From contig NW_027590623.1 in the NCBI RefSeq assembly GCF_964213995.1, forward strand, positions 62,001 through 126,000: 64,000 nt of DNA. Direction: 5' to 3'. The position numbers were made by a program, and so were the translations under genes. Positions 36,890-51,300 of the stretch are shown in pieces. The notes beneath the pieces were generated by a model. The model searched no databases and had not been told where the DNA came from. It saw only the letters and a list, made by a program, of their open reading frames with translations. Each line of letters opens with the position of its first letter. Position 1 is the first letter of the stretch. Source of the stretch: Mustelus asterias. Its lineage: Eukaryota.

Positions 36890-39800
36890 TATTGGAACAG
36901 GCTTTCAGGAAGATTGTTCCAGATTCCAAACACCCTCTTGATGAAGTGCTTTTCCTCACTTCACTTCTGATCCATTTCCCCATCATTTAGAATCTGTGCC
37001 CTCTAGTTCATGACCATCTCTTGAGAGGGAAGAGTTTCTCACTCTTTAACCTGTTGATACCCCTTAGGATCTTGAATCTCTCTCTCAAGTCTCACCTCAG
37101 CCTTCTTTTCTCCAAGGAAAACAGTCCCAACCTCTCCAATCTACCCTCGTAGCTACGGATCTTATTCCCTGGAATCATTCTTGTGAATCTCCTCTGCACT
37201 GTCTCCAATGCCCAGAACTGGGCGCAGTCTCCAGATGAGGCCTAACAAGTGTCTTATACAAGTTCAATATGAACTCCTTACTCTTGTCCTCAATTCCTCC
37301 ATTAATAAAAGCTGGGATACCATATACTTCATTTACTGCTCTCTCAAAGTGCCCTGTCACCTTCACTGATGTATGTACATATTAGAATCATGGAATCCCT
37401 ACAGTGCAGAAGGAGGCCATACAGCCCATCGAGCCTGCGCTAACAACATTCCCACCCAGGCCCTATCCCCGTGATGCAACGTATTTACCCTGATAATACT
37501 GGCATGAATTGAGAAATGGTTAACGGACAGAAAACAGAGCTGCGGTACAAATGGGTCATTTTCAGGGTGGCAGGCTGTGACCAGCGGCTTATCACAAGGA
37601 TCAGTACTCGGGAGCCCAGCTATTCACAATCCATATCATTGATTTGGACGTTTGGGATCAAATGTAATATTTCCCAGTTTGCAGATGACACGAAAGCAGG
37701 TGGAAGTGTGAGTTGTGAGGAGGATGTAGACTCTTCAAGGGGATGTGGGAGAGGCCGAATTAGTGGTGAAACCACACATGGAGTGTTGTGTACAGTTTTA
37801 TCCTCTTACCTAAGGAAAGACAATCTTGTCCGAGAGGGACTTCAATGACATTTCACTGCATTAATTCCTGGGATGGAGGGATTGTCCTCTGAGGAAAGAA
37901 AATAAACTGGACTTTTACTTTATGCACTTGAGAAGCATGAGAGGTGACCTCATTCAAACTTGGACAATTCTTACAGGGCTCAGCAGGGTCGAGTCATAGA
38001 GGTTTACAGCATGGAAACGCGCTTTGGCCCAACTTGTCCATGCCGCCCAGTTTTTACCATTAAGCTAATCACAATTGCCTGTGTTTCGCCCATATCCCTC
38101 TATACCAATCTTACCCATGTAACTGTCTAAATGCTTTTTAAAACATAAAATTGTACCCGCCTCTACTACTACCTCTGGCAGCTCATTCCAGACACTCACC
38201 ACCCTCTGTGTGAAAAGAATTGCCCCTCTGGACCCTTTTGTATCTCTCCCCTCTCACCTTAAACCTATGCCCTCTAGTTTTAGACTCCTCTACCTTTGGG
38301 AGAAGATATTGACTATCTAGCTGATCTATGCCCCTCATTATTTTATAGACCTCTATAAAATCACCCCTCAGTCTTCTACGCTACAGGGAAAAAAGTCCCA
38401 GTCTGTGCAACCTCTCCTTAAAACCCAAACTATCATGTCCCGGTAGCATCCTAGTAAATCTTTTTTGCACTCTTTCTAGTTTAATAATATCCATTCTAAA
38501 ATAGGGTGACCAGAACTGTACACAGTATTCCCAGCGTGGCCTTAACAATGTCTTGTACAACTCCAACAAGACGTCCCAACTCCTGTATTCAATGTTCTGA
38601 CCAATGAAACCAAGCATGCTGAATGCCTTCTTCACCACTCTGTCCACCTGTGACTCCACTGTCAAGAAGCTATGAACCTGTACCCCGAGATCTCTTTGTT
38701 CTATAACTCTCCCCAACCCCCAAACATTAGCTGAGTAGATACAGGAAGGATGTTTCCATCAGTCTCTCCTGATAATGAACACCCCTCATCTCTGGTATCA
38801 ACCTGGTGAACCTTCTCTGCACTCCCTCCAAGGCCAATATATCCTTCCGCAAATAAGGGGACCAATACTGCACACAGTATTCCAGCTGCGGCCTCACCAA
38901 TGCCCTGTACAGATGCAGCAAGTCATCTCTGCTTTTATATTCTATCCCCCTCGCGATAAATGCCAACATCCCGTTTGCCTTCTTGATCACCTGTTGCACC
39001 TGCAGACTGGGTTTTTGCGTCTCATGCACAAGGACCCCCAGGTCCCTTTGCACAGCAGCATGTTGTAATTTTTTTCCATTTAGATAATAATCCAATTTAC
39101 TATTATTTCCTCCAAAGTGAATAACCTCGCATTTGTCAATGTTATACTCCATCTGCCAGATCCTCGCCCACTCACTCAGCCTGTCCAAATCTCTCTGCAG
39201 ACCTTCTACTCCCTCCACACGATTCACTTTTCCACTTATCTTTGTGTCGTCTGCAAACTTTGTTACCCTACACTCAATCCCCCTCCTCCAGATCGTCGAT
39301 ATAAATGGTAAATAGTTGAGGCCCCAGTACCGATCCCTGCGGCACGCCACTAGTTACCATCCGCCAACCAGAAAAGTACCCATTTATTCCGACTCTCTGC
39401 TTCCTGTGAGGAGGAATTTCTTCCCTCAGAGTTATAGAGTGGTACAGTGAAGAAAAGGCCCTTCGACCCATTGAGTCTGCAGCAACAAGTAACTACCACT
39501 AAAGTTGTGCTCATCCAACTTTCCATCTCTTGTACCATATCTTTGAATGTTGTGATGTTTCAAGTGCTCATCCAAATGCTTTTGAAAGGTTGTAAGGTTT
39601 CCGACCTCCACTGCCTTCCCAGGCAGTACATTCCTGATTCCCATCACCCGCTGAGTGAATGTTTTTCTCAACTCTCCTCTGAATCTCCTGCCCTTTGCCC
39701 TAAAACTATGTCCCCTCATGATTGATCCCTCAACCAAGGGGAACAGCCGTTTCCTATTCACCCTGTCCATACCCCTCATAATCTTACACACCTCAATCAG

Positions 39801-42075
39801 CCTTCTCTGCTCTAAAGAAAACAATCCAAACCTATCCAGTCTCTCCTTATAGCTCAAATACTCCATCCCAGGCAACTTGCTGCTGAGCCTCCTCTGTACC
39901 CCCTCTAGTGCTATCATATCCTTCCTCTGGTGTGGTGACCAGATCTGCACACGGTACTCCAGGTGTGGCCTAACCAACGCTCTGTACAACTCCAACATTA
40001 ACTCTTTGCTCTTCTACTCTGCGCCATGACTGATAAAAGCAAGTGTCTCATCTGCCTTCTTTACCACTTGATTCACCTGCTCTGCTGCCTTCAGGGATCT
40101 GTGAATAATTGCCCAAGATCCATATGTTCCTCTGAGCTTCCCAGTGTCCTGCAACTCATTAAATACTCCCTTGCCTTGTTACTGCTTCCAAAGTGCATCA
40201 CCTCGCACCTATCAGGGTCAAATAACATCTGCCACTGCTCTGCCTATCTGACTAACCCAGCTATATCTTCCTGTAACCTACAACCTTCTTCACTATTAAC
40301 CATCCTACCAATCTTGGTGTCATCTGGAACCTTGCTTATCATTGCCCCCACATTATCATCTGTCTCATTTATGTATAACAACAACAAGCCCCCCAGCACG
40401 GAGCCTTGTGGTGCACCACTGGACACCGGCCTCCAGCCACTCAAACAGCCTTCCAACACCACCCTTTGTGTCCAATTACTAAACCAGTTTCCGATCCATC
40501 TCGCCAAGTTTTCCTGAATTCCATGTGCTTCCAGGATGGTGAATCTTTGGAATTCCCTGTCCCAGGGGGCTGTGGAGGCTCAGTCATCGTTCACAGACTG
40601 AGATGGATAGGTTTCTACAGATTAAACATATTGCAAAGTTTCACCATCTGTGACCCCTTGTTCCAGCCTCTCCCCCCCCCCCCCTCTCCCCACCCCCTCA
40701 GCCCCTCAGCCCCTCAGCTGGAGGAAACAACATCCCTGTATTCAGTCACTCCAGCCCGGTCAGAATTTATACATTTCAATTCGATCCCCTCTCATTCTTC
40801 GGAACTCCAGTGAATACAGGCCCAGTCGACTCAATCTCTCCTCATACGACAATCCTGCCATCCCAGGAATCAGTCTGGTGTGCCTCCGCTGCTCTCCCTC
40901 TATGGTAAGTGCAGCATTTCATAGTTACAGAGACAAAAACTGTACACAATATTCCAGGTGTGGTCTCACCGAGGGCCTGTACAGCTGCAGTAAGACATCC
41001 TTGCCCCTTTCCTCAAGTTCTCTTGCAATGAAGGCCAACATATCATTTGCCTTCCTAACTGTTTGCTGTAGCTGCATGCTTGCTTTCAGTCTCTGGTGTA
41101 CTAGGACACCCAGGTCCCTTTGTATATCAACATTTCCCAATCTATCACCATTTAAATAATCCTCTGCCATTCTGCTTCTCTGTCCGAAGTAGTTAAATTC
41201 TCGTTTGTCCACGTTATACAGCATCTGCCGTGCATTTACCCATTCACTCAATTTTCTGAAGTCACTGTGAAACATTTTAACATCCTTCTCACTACTCACA
41301 TTCCCAACAAGTTTCATGGCATCAGCAAACTTGGAAATATTATTTTTGGTTCCCTCATCCAAATCATTGGTGTACATCTCGTGTGTGTCTCAATGTCAGC
41401 TCGGAAACATGTACAGCACAATCCCATCCTGTTTCTGTCTCTCTATGGCTCTGTATCTGTATATATCTCTCTCTGAAATTAGAATAAAGAAAATTACAGC
41501 ACAAGAACAGGCCCTTTGGCCCTCCAAGCCTGCACCAACCATGTGTGAACTAAAAACACCTCCCCTTCCAGGGACCATATCCCTCTATTCCCATCCTATT
41601 CTTGTATTTCTCCAGACGCCCCTTAAAACTCATTATTGTATCTGCTTCCACTCCCTCTCCCAGCAGCGAGTTCCAGGCACCACCACCCTCTGTGTAAAAA
41701 ACTTGCCTCGTACATCTCCTTTAAACCTTGTCCCTCACACCTTAAACCTGTGCCCCCTAGTAATTGACTCTTCAACCCTGGGAAAAAGCTCCTGACTATC
41801 CACTCTGTCCATGCCCCTCATAATCTTGTAGATTTCTATCAGGTCGCCCCCTCAACCTCCGTCGTTCCAGTGAGAACAAACCAAGTTTCTCCAACCTCTC
41901 CTCATAGCTAATGCCCTCCATACCAGGCAACATCCTGGTAAATCTTTTCTGTACCGTCTCCAAAGCCTCCACATCTTTCTGGTAGTGTGTCGATCAGAAT
42001 TGAACACTATATTCCAAGTGCGGCCTAACAATGGTTCTATAAAGCTGCAACATGGCTTGCCAATTTTTAAACTCA
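36890..42075 (-). mobile_element. CR1-type LINE fragment cluster, second copy
   Basis: ORFs 38381..38716, 38727..39350, 39432..39998, 40925..41377 carry the same RT motifs. Confidence 0.92.
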
Positions 42076-43969
42076 ATGCATGTGGCGTCAAAAGTTTGCT
42101 CATTTCCTAAATAACACTGACAACATTTCAAAAGCGCTCCATTGTCGGTGAAACGCTTTTGGAAACCCTAAAGCCATGAATAGTACTTTAGAAATGTCCA
42201 TCCCCCAAGTTGCTGTGAGGACATTCACAGTCAGTGTGTGACTTGGGTCAAAGATAGACCAGCGAGGTCTCTCCCTTAATGACATTGAGTGACTCTTTAG
42301 CTTTTTATGATGAGCAGAAACCTTTCATCTCTCTTGTGTCTAATTCATTCCAATTCTGTCCCTGACATGAATCAGTTGTGACTTTCTGTAGGAGCTGGAA
42401 TGTTCTCTCTGGCGACAGAGAATCCATTGAGAGGAGGATCAGGTGTGACCTTTCTCTCCTGGAATCCATCTTTCCTGTTTGTGTCTTGTAGATTGTGTGT
42501 GGAGAGAGCAGAGGGAAAAGGCTGAGTGGATTTGTAATGAACAGGGGTTTGCTTTCATTCACAAACTGGAGCTGAAGCCAACGTGTGCAGATGTGAAGAA
42601 TGGAGATCAGAAAAGGACCATGGGTAGAATTGGAGACTATTCTGCCCATCCAGATGTGCTGTCTTTTTGGAAGAGAAATCTAGTTAATCTCTATTTACAG
42701 AGGGAGAAGGGATTCCTCCTCCATTATATATCTGTTTAGTTTTAGGCTGTCTGAGTGTGAGTGTTAGTGTGCGTGCATATTTTTCTCAATCTGCCTGTCT
42801 CTCAGTCCCCCTGGTCCCAGAATCTGTTTCTCTCTCCACAGATGCTGTCTGACCTGTTTGGTATGTTCTTATTTTCTGTTTCAGTATCTGAGGAGTTGCG
42901 TATGGTGCTGAACATTGTGCAATCATCAGCGAACATCCCCACTTCAGACCTTGTGATGGAGGGAAGGTCAGTGTTGGAGCAGCTGAAGATGGTTGGGGCC
43001 TCGGACACTCACCCTGAGGAACTCCTGCAGGGACGTCCCGGGACTGAGAGGATCGGCTTTGAGATATTCGGCACATTGGGGGAAAGGTTGAAAACCAGAG
43101 GATGCTGAATTCAGGTAAATGGCGACAGCGGCAACACGAGGAAATGTTTCTAACGTAGTGAGTGTCCAGTATCTGGAATGTACTGTCTGAGGGTGAGGTG
43201 GAAGCAGATTCCATCAAGGACTTCCAGGGGAAGTTGAATGGGAAGCTGAAGGGGAAATATTTACAGGGTGACGGGGAAAGGGTGGAGGAGTGGGAATAGT
43301 GACATTGCTCTTGCAGAGTATCGCACTGGCTTGATGGGGCTGAATGGCCTCCTGCGCTGTCACCGTTCTATGATTCAGATGCAAGTTATCTTCTCAGTGT
43401 CTATTAGACCCCACTCTTTCCTCCATGATCAGTTACAGCATTTTAAGTTCAGATCCCAGAACGTTTTATTTGGGGATTTGAGGAGTGATTTGTTTTCCAG
43501 CCTGGCCGAGAATTTGATGCTGTAACTGAAACCACAATGGAATGATTCTGAGGTCAGATTATGATCCACTGAGACACAGCTGGCTCCGAGCTTCCCTGAA
43601 AAATGTCGCTGTTGTGTTCCCGGCCAGATGATTTCTCCGTCTTGTGTCGGCCGGCTGTGCCACAAGGATCTGGACTTTGTTCCCAGATGTTCACAATGTT
43701 TATCAATGATTTGGATGTGGGGACCTAATGTCATATTTCCAAGTTTGCGGATGACACAAAGCTAGGTGGGAATGTGAGTTGTGAGGAAAATGCAAAGTGG
43801 CTTCAAGAGGATTTGGACAGACATTGTCTCTCAGTGCCTCTCTCAATCTGGCTCTCTCTTTCTCTCACTCCCCTTGACTCTGTCATCTGTTGGTCTCTGC
43901 ATCTCTCGCTCTCTCTCTCTGGGAATCTGTAAAAACATATCCACTAACATGCACACAGACAGAAACATA

Positions 43970-44013
<44 letters not shown>

Positions 44014-46021
44014 TACGCGACTGTGAGAATTGTCACAGATCAATCCCAATATCAGTGAGTAATCTCCAATGCAATAGTTTGTGACCAGGTTGTGCAACAT
44101 GCATTGAAATGTGGCAATATGGAAGTTGGTTCACTCAGTTGGCTGGACAGCTGGTCTGAGATGCACAAAGTCTCCAACACGTCATGAAAGCCCAACCCTT
44201 TCAACCTTTCCCCTGGCCTGAGGTGTGGTAAATCACCGCCAGTGAGTTCTCCCCCTCAAAGGGGAGAGCAGCAGATCGTCATCTGGGACTGTGGTCACTT
44301 TCCCTTTACCGACGTTCAACTTTATTTCCCTTCCTCAATTTCTGCTCATCTCCAAGAGACTCGAGCGAAATTCACCCAATCTTTCAACACCAATATTACA
44401 CACACAATACTGGAGCAATTGGACATTTCACACAACACCCAATAGCTGGTAACAAGACCAAACAAAAACTGTTCCAAACAAGAGTGGTGGCACCAGCTGA
44501 CCCACACAAATATATAACTTGAAAGGAATATTCGTCTATCCATCCAGCTGACTCTCTTTCTCTGTCTATCTAACAGAGAGATTTTTCAGTGCAGTAACAA
44601 CTGAAACAGGGTAGAATGTAGGAATAAGAAAGACAGGAACTTGTGTCAAATAAAACTGAGACACAGGTGAGTTGAGTAATGAATGAAACAAGGCCGAACA
44701 CAGCAGTATCTCCGATGATGCTGAATGTAAGAGAAACAGATCAAATCTATTCCTGGGGAAGTGCAGCAACAGCTTAGAAATTGTCGGGTGTGGTGTAGAT
44801 AGAGGCATGGCTGCGTGCGTCAATAACTGTGACTTCACTGAGTGCATTGGAAACAGTGACATAGTTGAGTGAAGCAATAACTAAGTAAAGACCAATTGTA
44901 GTATATACAGAGGGATGGCCCCATGCATTAAGAAGAGAAACTGTATCTAGTTTATAGGGGTGGTGCAGTGGTTAGCACTGCAGCCTCTCAGCGCCAGGGA
45001 CCCGGGTTCGATTCCCGACTTGCGTCACTGTCTGTGTGGAGTCTGCATGTTCTCCCCGTGTCTGGGTTTCCTCCGAGTGCTCCGGTTTCCTCCCACAGTC
45101 TGAAAGACACGCTGTTCGGTGGATTGGCCATGCTAAATACTACCTCAGTGAAGCCGAACAGCGCCGGAGTGTGGCAACTAGGGGATTTTCACAGCAACTT
45201 CATTGCAGTGTTAATGTAAGCCTACTTGTGACACTAATAAATAACATTGAAACTGTATAAAGTGTTATATACACAGATACAGTGCTGAGGTAAAGAGAAA
45301 TGGAGACATGTTCCACATTCATTACCCAGACATGGTCTAGTTTATTTTTTATAAAGAGTGACATGGTTAAATGCAGTGATAATTGAAGCAGGTTCCCTCC
45401 CTAACAGCACTGTGGGTGTACCTACACCACATAGACAGCAGCGGGTTCAAGACGGCAGCTCACCACCACCTTCTCCAGGGCAACTAGGAATGGGCAATAA
45501 ATGCTGACCTAGCCAGTGACACCCACATCACAAGAATCAATAAATATTCATCTAACCCAGCACATTGTCCAATGAAATATCAATCCATACATGGTATTAA
45601 TACAGTGAGAACTCAAAAAGGGTTGATTGTAGTGTCCACAGCAACATGGTGTAATGTAGTATTCACTGAGACAACTGAGCGTATAAACAGCGACTGGGTT
45701 GAGTGCAGTGATAACTGGGAAAGGAGCGACTGTCCGGGATTCTCCGGCTGTTCACTCGTGGGGAATTCTCTGCTCTCGTTCCCCTGCCTCTGGTTTCCTG
45801 CTAGCGTGAGGTGACTTCAATGGGAAATCCCATTGACAGCGACAGGACCAAAAACTCCCTCTGCTAGTGAACGGTGTGTCACCTCTCACTGCCCAGAAAG
45901 CTGCTGAGGGGAGACTGGAGGATCCCAGAAACTATGTTAAAAATAGCCATATTGGCAACAGCAGGAAAATATTACATCCCAAACTCAGTAATATTCACAA
46001 TGATATTCTCCAATCAGCTGA

Positions 46022-47808
46022 AGGGCAGAGATTACTGATACAAGACCCAGATTGTAATAACAGAGGGAGGTTTAGGGCAGAGATTACTGACACCAGGCCC
46101 AGACTGTAATAACTGAGAGAGGTTTAGGGCAGAGTTTGCTGAATCAAGGCCCAGATTGTAATAACTGAGAGAGGTATCGGGCAGAGATTACTGATACCAG
46201 GCCCAGATTGTAATAACTGAGAGTGGTTTAGGGCAGAGATTACTGATACAAAGCCCAGATTGTAATGACTGAGAGAGGTTTAGGGCAGAGATTACTGGTA
46301 CCAGGCCCAGATTGTAATAACAGAGAGGTTTAGGGCAAAGTTTGCTGAATCAAGGCCCAGATTGTAATAACTGAGAGAGTTGGAGGGCAGAGATTACTGA
46401 CACAGTGCCCATATTGTAATAACTGAGAGAGGTTTATGGCAGAGATTACTGATACAAGTCCCAGATTGTAATAACTGAGAGAGGTTTAAGGCAGAGATTA
46501 CTGATACAACGCCCAGATTGTAATAACTGAGAGAGGTTTCGGTCAGAGATTACTGATACCAGGCCCAGATTGTAATAACTGAGAGAGGTTTCGGGCAGAG
46601 TTTACTGATATAAGTCCCAGGTTGTAATAACTGAGAGATGTTTAGGGCAGAGTTTACTGATACAAGGCCCAGATTGTAATAACTGAGAGAGGTTTAGGGC
46701 AGAGTTTACTGAATCAAGGCCCAGATTGTAATAACCAAGAGAGGTTTCGGGCAGAGTTTACTGATACAAGGCCCAGATTGTAATAACTGAGAGAGGTTTA
46801 GGGCAGAGTTTACTGAATCAAGGCCCAGATTGTAATAACCAAGAGAGGTTTCGGGCAGAGTTTACTGATACAAGGCCCAGATTGTAATAACTGAGAGAGG
46901 TTTAGGGCAGAGTTTACTGAATCAAGGCCCAGATTGTAATAACCAAGAGAGGTTTCGGGCAGAGTTTACCGATTGAAAACCCAGATTGTAATAACTGAGA
47001 GAGGTTTAGAGCAGAGATTACTGATACAAGGCCCAGATTGTAATGACTGAGAGAGGTTTCGGGCAGAGATTACTGATACAAGGCCCAGATTGTAATAACT
47101 GAGAGAGGTTTCGGGCTAAGTTTACTGATACAAAACCCAGATTGTAATAACTGAGAGAGGTTTAGGGCAGAGATTACTGATACAAAGCCCAGATTGTAAG
47201 AACTGAGAGAGGTTTAGGGCAGAGATTACTGATACAAAGCCCAGATTGTAAGAACTGAGAGAGGTTTCAGGCAGAGTTTACTGATACAAGGCCCAGATTG
47301 TAATAACTGAGAGAGGTTTCGGGCAGAGTTTACTGATACAAGGCCCAGATTGTAATAACTGAGAGAGGTTTCGGGCAGAGATGACTGATACAAGGCCCAG
47401 ATTGTAATAACTGAGAGAGGTTTCGGGCAGAGTTTACTGATACCAGGCCCAGATTGTAATAACTGAGAGAGGTTTCAGGCAGAGATTACTGATACAAGGC
47501 CCAGATTGTAATAACTGAGTGAGGTTTCGGACAGAGTTTACTGATACAAGGCCCAGATTGTAATAACTGAGAGAGGTTTCGGGCAGAGTTTACTGATACA
47601 AGGCCCAGATTGTAATAACTGAGAGAGGTTTCGGGCAGAGTTTACTGATACAAGGCCCAGATTGTAATAACTGAGAGAGGTTTCGGGCAGAGTTTACGGA
47701 TACAAGGCCCAGATTGTAATAACTGAGAGAGGTTTAGGGCAGAGATTACTGATACAAGGCCCAGATTGTAATAACTGAGAGAGGTTTCGGGCAGAGTTTA
47801 CGGATACA
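46022..47808. repeat. 52-bp minisatellite, ~34 units (paralog)
   Basis: Same consensus and flanks as 474-2102. Confidence 0.97.
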
Positions 47809-48165
47809 TGATCCCGGCAGGATTTACTGTTTGATAATCCAGCTGTTTGGCCCCGTTATGAGCACACCTTCCATGGCCATCAAGTCCGGAAGTCGGCCTT
47901 GAACCCTTGAAGAATGAGAGGCGATCCCATTGTAACAGACTTAAAATTCGTACAGGGTGTGACAGGGTGGATGTAGATTGGATGTTTCCCCTGGCTGGTG
48001 AGACTAGAACCAGGGGACACAATCTCAGAATCAGGGGCAGACCATTGAAGACTTAGGTGAGGAGGAATTTCTTCACTCAGAGGGTGGTGAATCTTTGGAA
48101 TTTTCTATTCCAGGGGGATGTGGAAGCCCAATCATTCAGCATGTTCAAGACGCAAATCGATTGTG

Positions 48166-48303
48166 NNNNNNNNNNNNNNNNNNNNNNNNNNNNNNNNNNN
48201 NNNNNNNNNNNNNNNNNNNNNNNNNNNNNNNNNNNNNNNNNNNNNNNNNNNNNNNNNNNNNNNNNNNNNNNNNNNNNNNNNNNNNNNNNNNNNNNNNNNN
48301 NNN
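48166..48303. other. Assembly gap (138 N)
   Basis: Run of n at the position of a (TG)n tract in the paralogs. Confidence 0.99.
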
Positions 48304-51300
48304 TGTGTTTATTACTGTGTGCGCCTGAGTGTTACTGGGTGAGAATATCTGTTTCTGTGTGTTTTCATGGAATCCTAGACTCCTACAGTGCAGAAGGAGG
48401 CCATTTGGCCCATTGAGTCTGCACCGACCACAATCCCACCCAGGCCCTATCCCCATTACCCCATGCATTTACCCAAGCTAGTCTCCCTGACGCGGAGGGA
48501 CAATTTAGCACGGCCAATGCACCCGAACCAGAACGTCTTTCAGACTGTAGGAGGAAACCGGGGCACCCGGAGGAAACCCACGCAGACACGGGGAGAACGT
48601 GCAAACTCCGCACAGACAGTGACCCAAGCCGGGAATCGAACCCGGGTCCTTGGCACTGTGAGGCAGCAGTGCTAACTGTGTGTTTGATGCGTGTGTGTGT
48701 GTTTCTGTGTGTGTGTGTGTTTATTGTTTGTGTGTGTGATTTGTGTGTGTGCTTTTTGTGCGTGTTTTATGTGTGCTTGTGTGTGTGTGTTTTGTGTGTG
48801 TGCGTGCTTTGTGTGTGTGCGTGTTTTGTGTGTGTTGGTGTGTGCGTGTTTTGTGTGTGTTGGTGTGTGCGTGTTTTGTGTGTGTTGGTGTGTGCGTGTT
48901 TTGTGTGCGTACGTGCACCATGATCTGTTTGAATGCTGGCGCAGGATCGATGGGCCAAATGGCCTACACCTGCTCCTATTTTCCTTTGAGATTTAAATAC
49001 ATTGACACACATGCACGCTGACACACACACACAGAAAGATATACACAGTGTGGACGTATTTATTGACCACTTAATGTGACTGAATGCTACACATCCCAGT
49101 TTACCAAAGACACACAATATTCAGCAGCATTGTAAACAGCGCAGCTGGAAACATCAAATTGGGGATTTGGTTTGAAAAAGGGTCAAAGCCTCTCTTGCTA
49201 AAGGCTGTTTGTCTATATTGTGCTGACTGTGATACACTGCCATCCTCTGCTGCCTGCTGGACATTGCTCCAGCCGCAGAGAGAGTGAAGTAGATCAGAAA
49301 CTCACTGGGAGAGAATGCAGCTTCACACAGTATCCATCCAAAACGACAGGAGCATCAGCAACACACACAAGCTCCGTGTGGAGACTGAGAGGGGCTCAGT
49401 GTGGAACACAAACCTTTACACTAAACCTGGAAGGACATTGATAAAGAGTTTAAAACAAAACTTCAGCAAATGTTTTGAAACATTTTGGTCCGTGGAAAAG
49501 TGCAGTGTGTAAAAAGCTGAAGATGTTTCCATTTCACATCTTCCTGCTTTGGGGAAATGGGAGTTATCTTTGCATTTACAAGGATATGGGGAGGGAGGTG
49601 TTTGAATGGACATTCAGCTTTTTTGGTGATTAAAGTGTTAATTTGTTTCCAGAAGCTGTTTACAGTGATTGTCCCGAGAGATTGTATTGTTTCAGTGATG
49701 TCGACGTCTCCAATACTTCAGACAGAGGAAGGAAACAATATACAAAAGGAAAGATTGGGGGAATCACTACATTGAAGGTGTGAGGCCTCATCACTCTCTG
49801 TCTGGTTTTGTTCTGAAATCTTTACATTTTTAAACACTGAAACCTCTTGCCCTTGTTGGGAATATCACTGCGGTTTGAGAAAAGCAAACACTGATCCCAC
49901 ACTAAACACCCCCCCCAACACAGGACTGAGCAGAGAGTGTGAAATGTGACTGGTGTCAGAGTGGATTGTCAAACTGACAGAAGGGATTTGAAAAATCTCT
50001 AAATGATTCATTGATTAAAAACTCTAACATTAATGTCCCGCATCATAAACATCTGCTTCATTATTGTATCTTTCTTTTACAGATCAAGTGATGGGTTGAA
50101 TTTTGGACGGTGTAGATTTCCCTCAGCTGATTATTAAGATTCCTGATTGACACAAATACAATATCTGCTGTCGGTGACTCCAACAGTGAAATTCTCTCAG
50201 TTTATCATTCTGAATCTGTCACTGAGACAATTGTGGGCGGTAGTTCAGTTTTCAGTGTGAAATGTAGAAGGTAACTTTTGTTGTAATGTAATTGTAGTTA
50301 ATAGTTTTCCTGTAGTTTAAATCTCAGGTATAAATTAATAACTTTTCTCGTTCCTTGTTCACAATTGTTCATTTCCCGTGATGTTGAGCTCTGGTTTTCT
50401 CTTTCTGGTGTCTGGTACAGCTGTACAGATATTGGGCAGTTCAGAGCGGGGGGGGTTCTGATCTCATTGTGAAGCTCAAAGGTCAGATTCACTTTTGTTA
50501 ACTTTAAAATCAATTTTCCTGTCAAATATTCTCTGAATTTGTAAATAAATATTGAATGGAAAATAAAATCTGACTTTGCCAAACTCTCTTTCTGTATTTC
50601 TCTGTTGGTGTGTTTATGTGTGTGTCTCTCTGTCTCTATCTCTCTGTGTATCTGTGCGTCTCTCTGTGTATCTGTGCGTCTCTCTGTGTCTCTATCTCTC
50701 TGTGTATCTGTGTGTCTCTCTGTTTCTATCTCACTGTGTAACTGTGTGTCTCTCTGTCTCTATCTCTCTGTGTATCTGTGTGTCTCTCTGTGTCTCTATC
50801 TCTCTGTGTGTCTGTGTGTCTCTCTGTTTCTATCTCTCTGTGTATCTGTGTGTCTCTCTGTGTCTCTATCTCTCTGTGTCTCTATCTGTCTGTGTTTCTC
50901 TGTCTCTATCTCTCTGTGTATCTGTGTGTCTCTCTGTGTCTCTATCTCTCTGTGTCTCTATCTCTCTGTGTATCTGTCTCTGTATTTCTCTGTATCTGTG
51001 TCTCTCTCTGTATATTTGTATATTTCACTCTGTCTCTGTGTTTGTGTCTCTCTCTTTGTTTCTCTCTGTCTCTATTTCTCTGTATCTGTGTGTCTCTCTG
51101 TCTCTGTACTTCTCTGGATCTGTGTCTCTCTCTCTGCCTCTGTGTGTATATCTCTCTATGTATCTGTGTGTGTCTCTCTGTCTCTGCATTTCTCTGTATC
51201 TGTCTCTGTCTCTGTGTTTCTCTGTCTCTGTGTGTCTCGATGCTAAGGGCCTAGTATTTCAGGCTCTGACCTGAACCCACAATCTCTCTGACTCTGAGCG

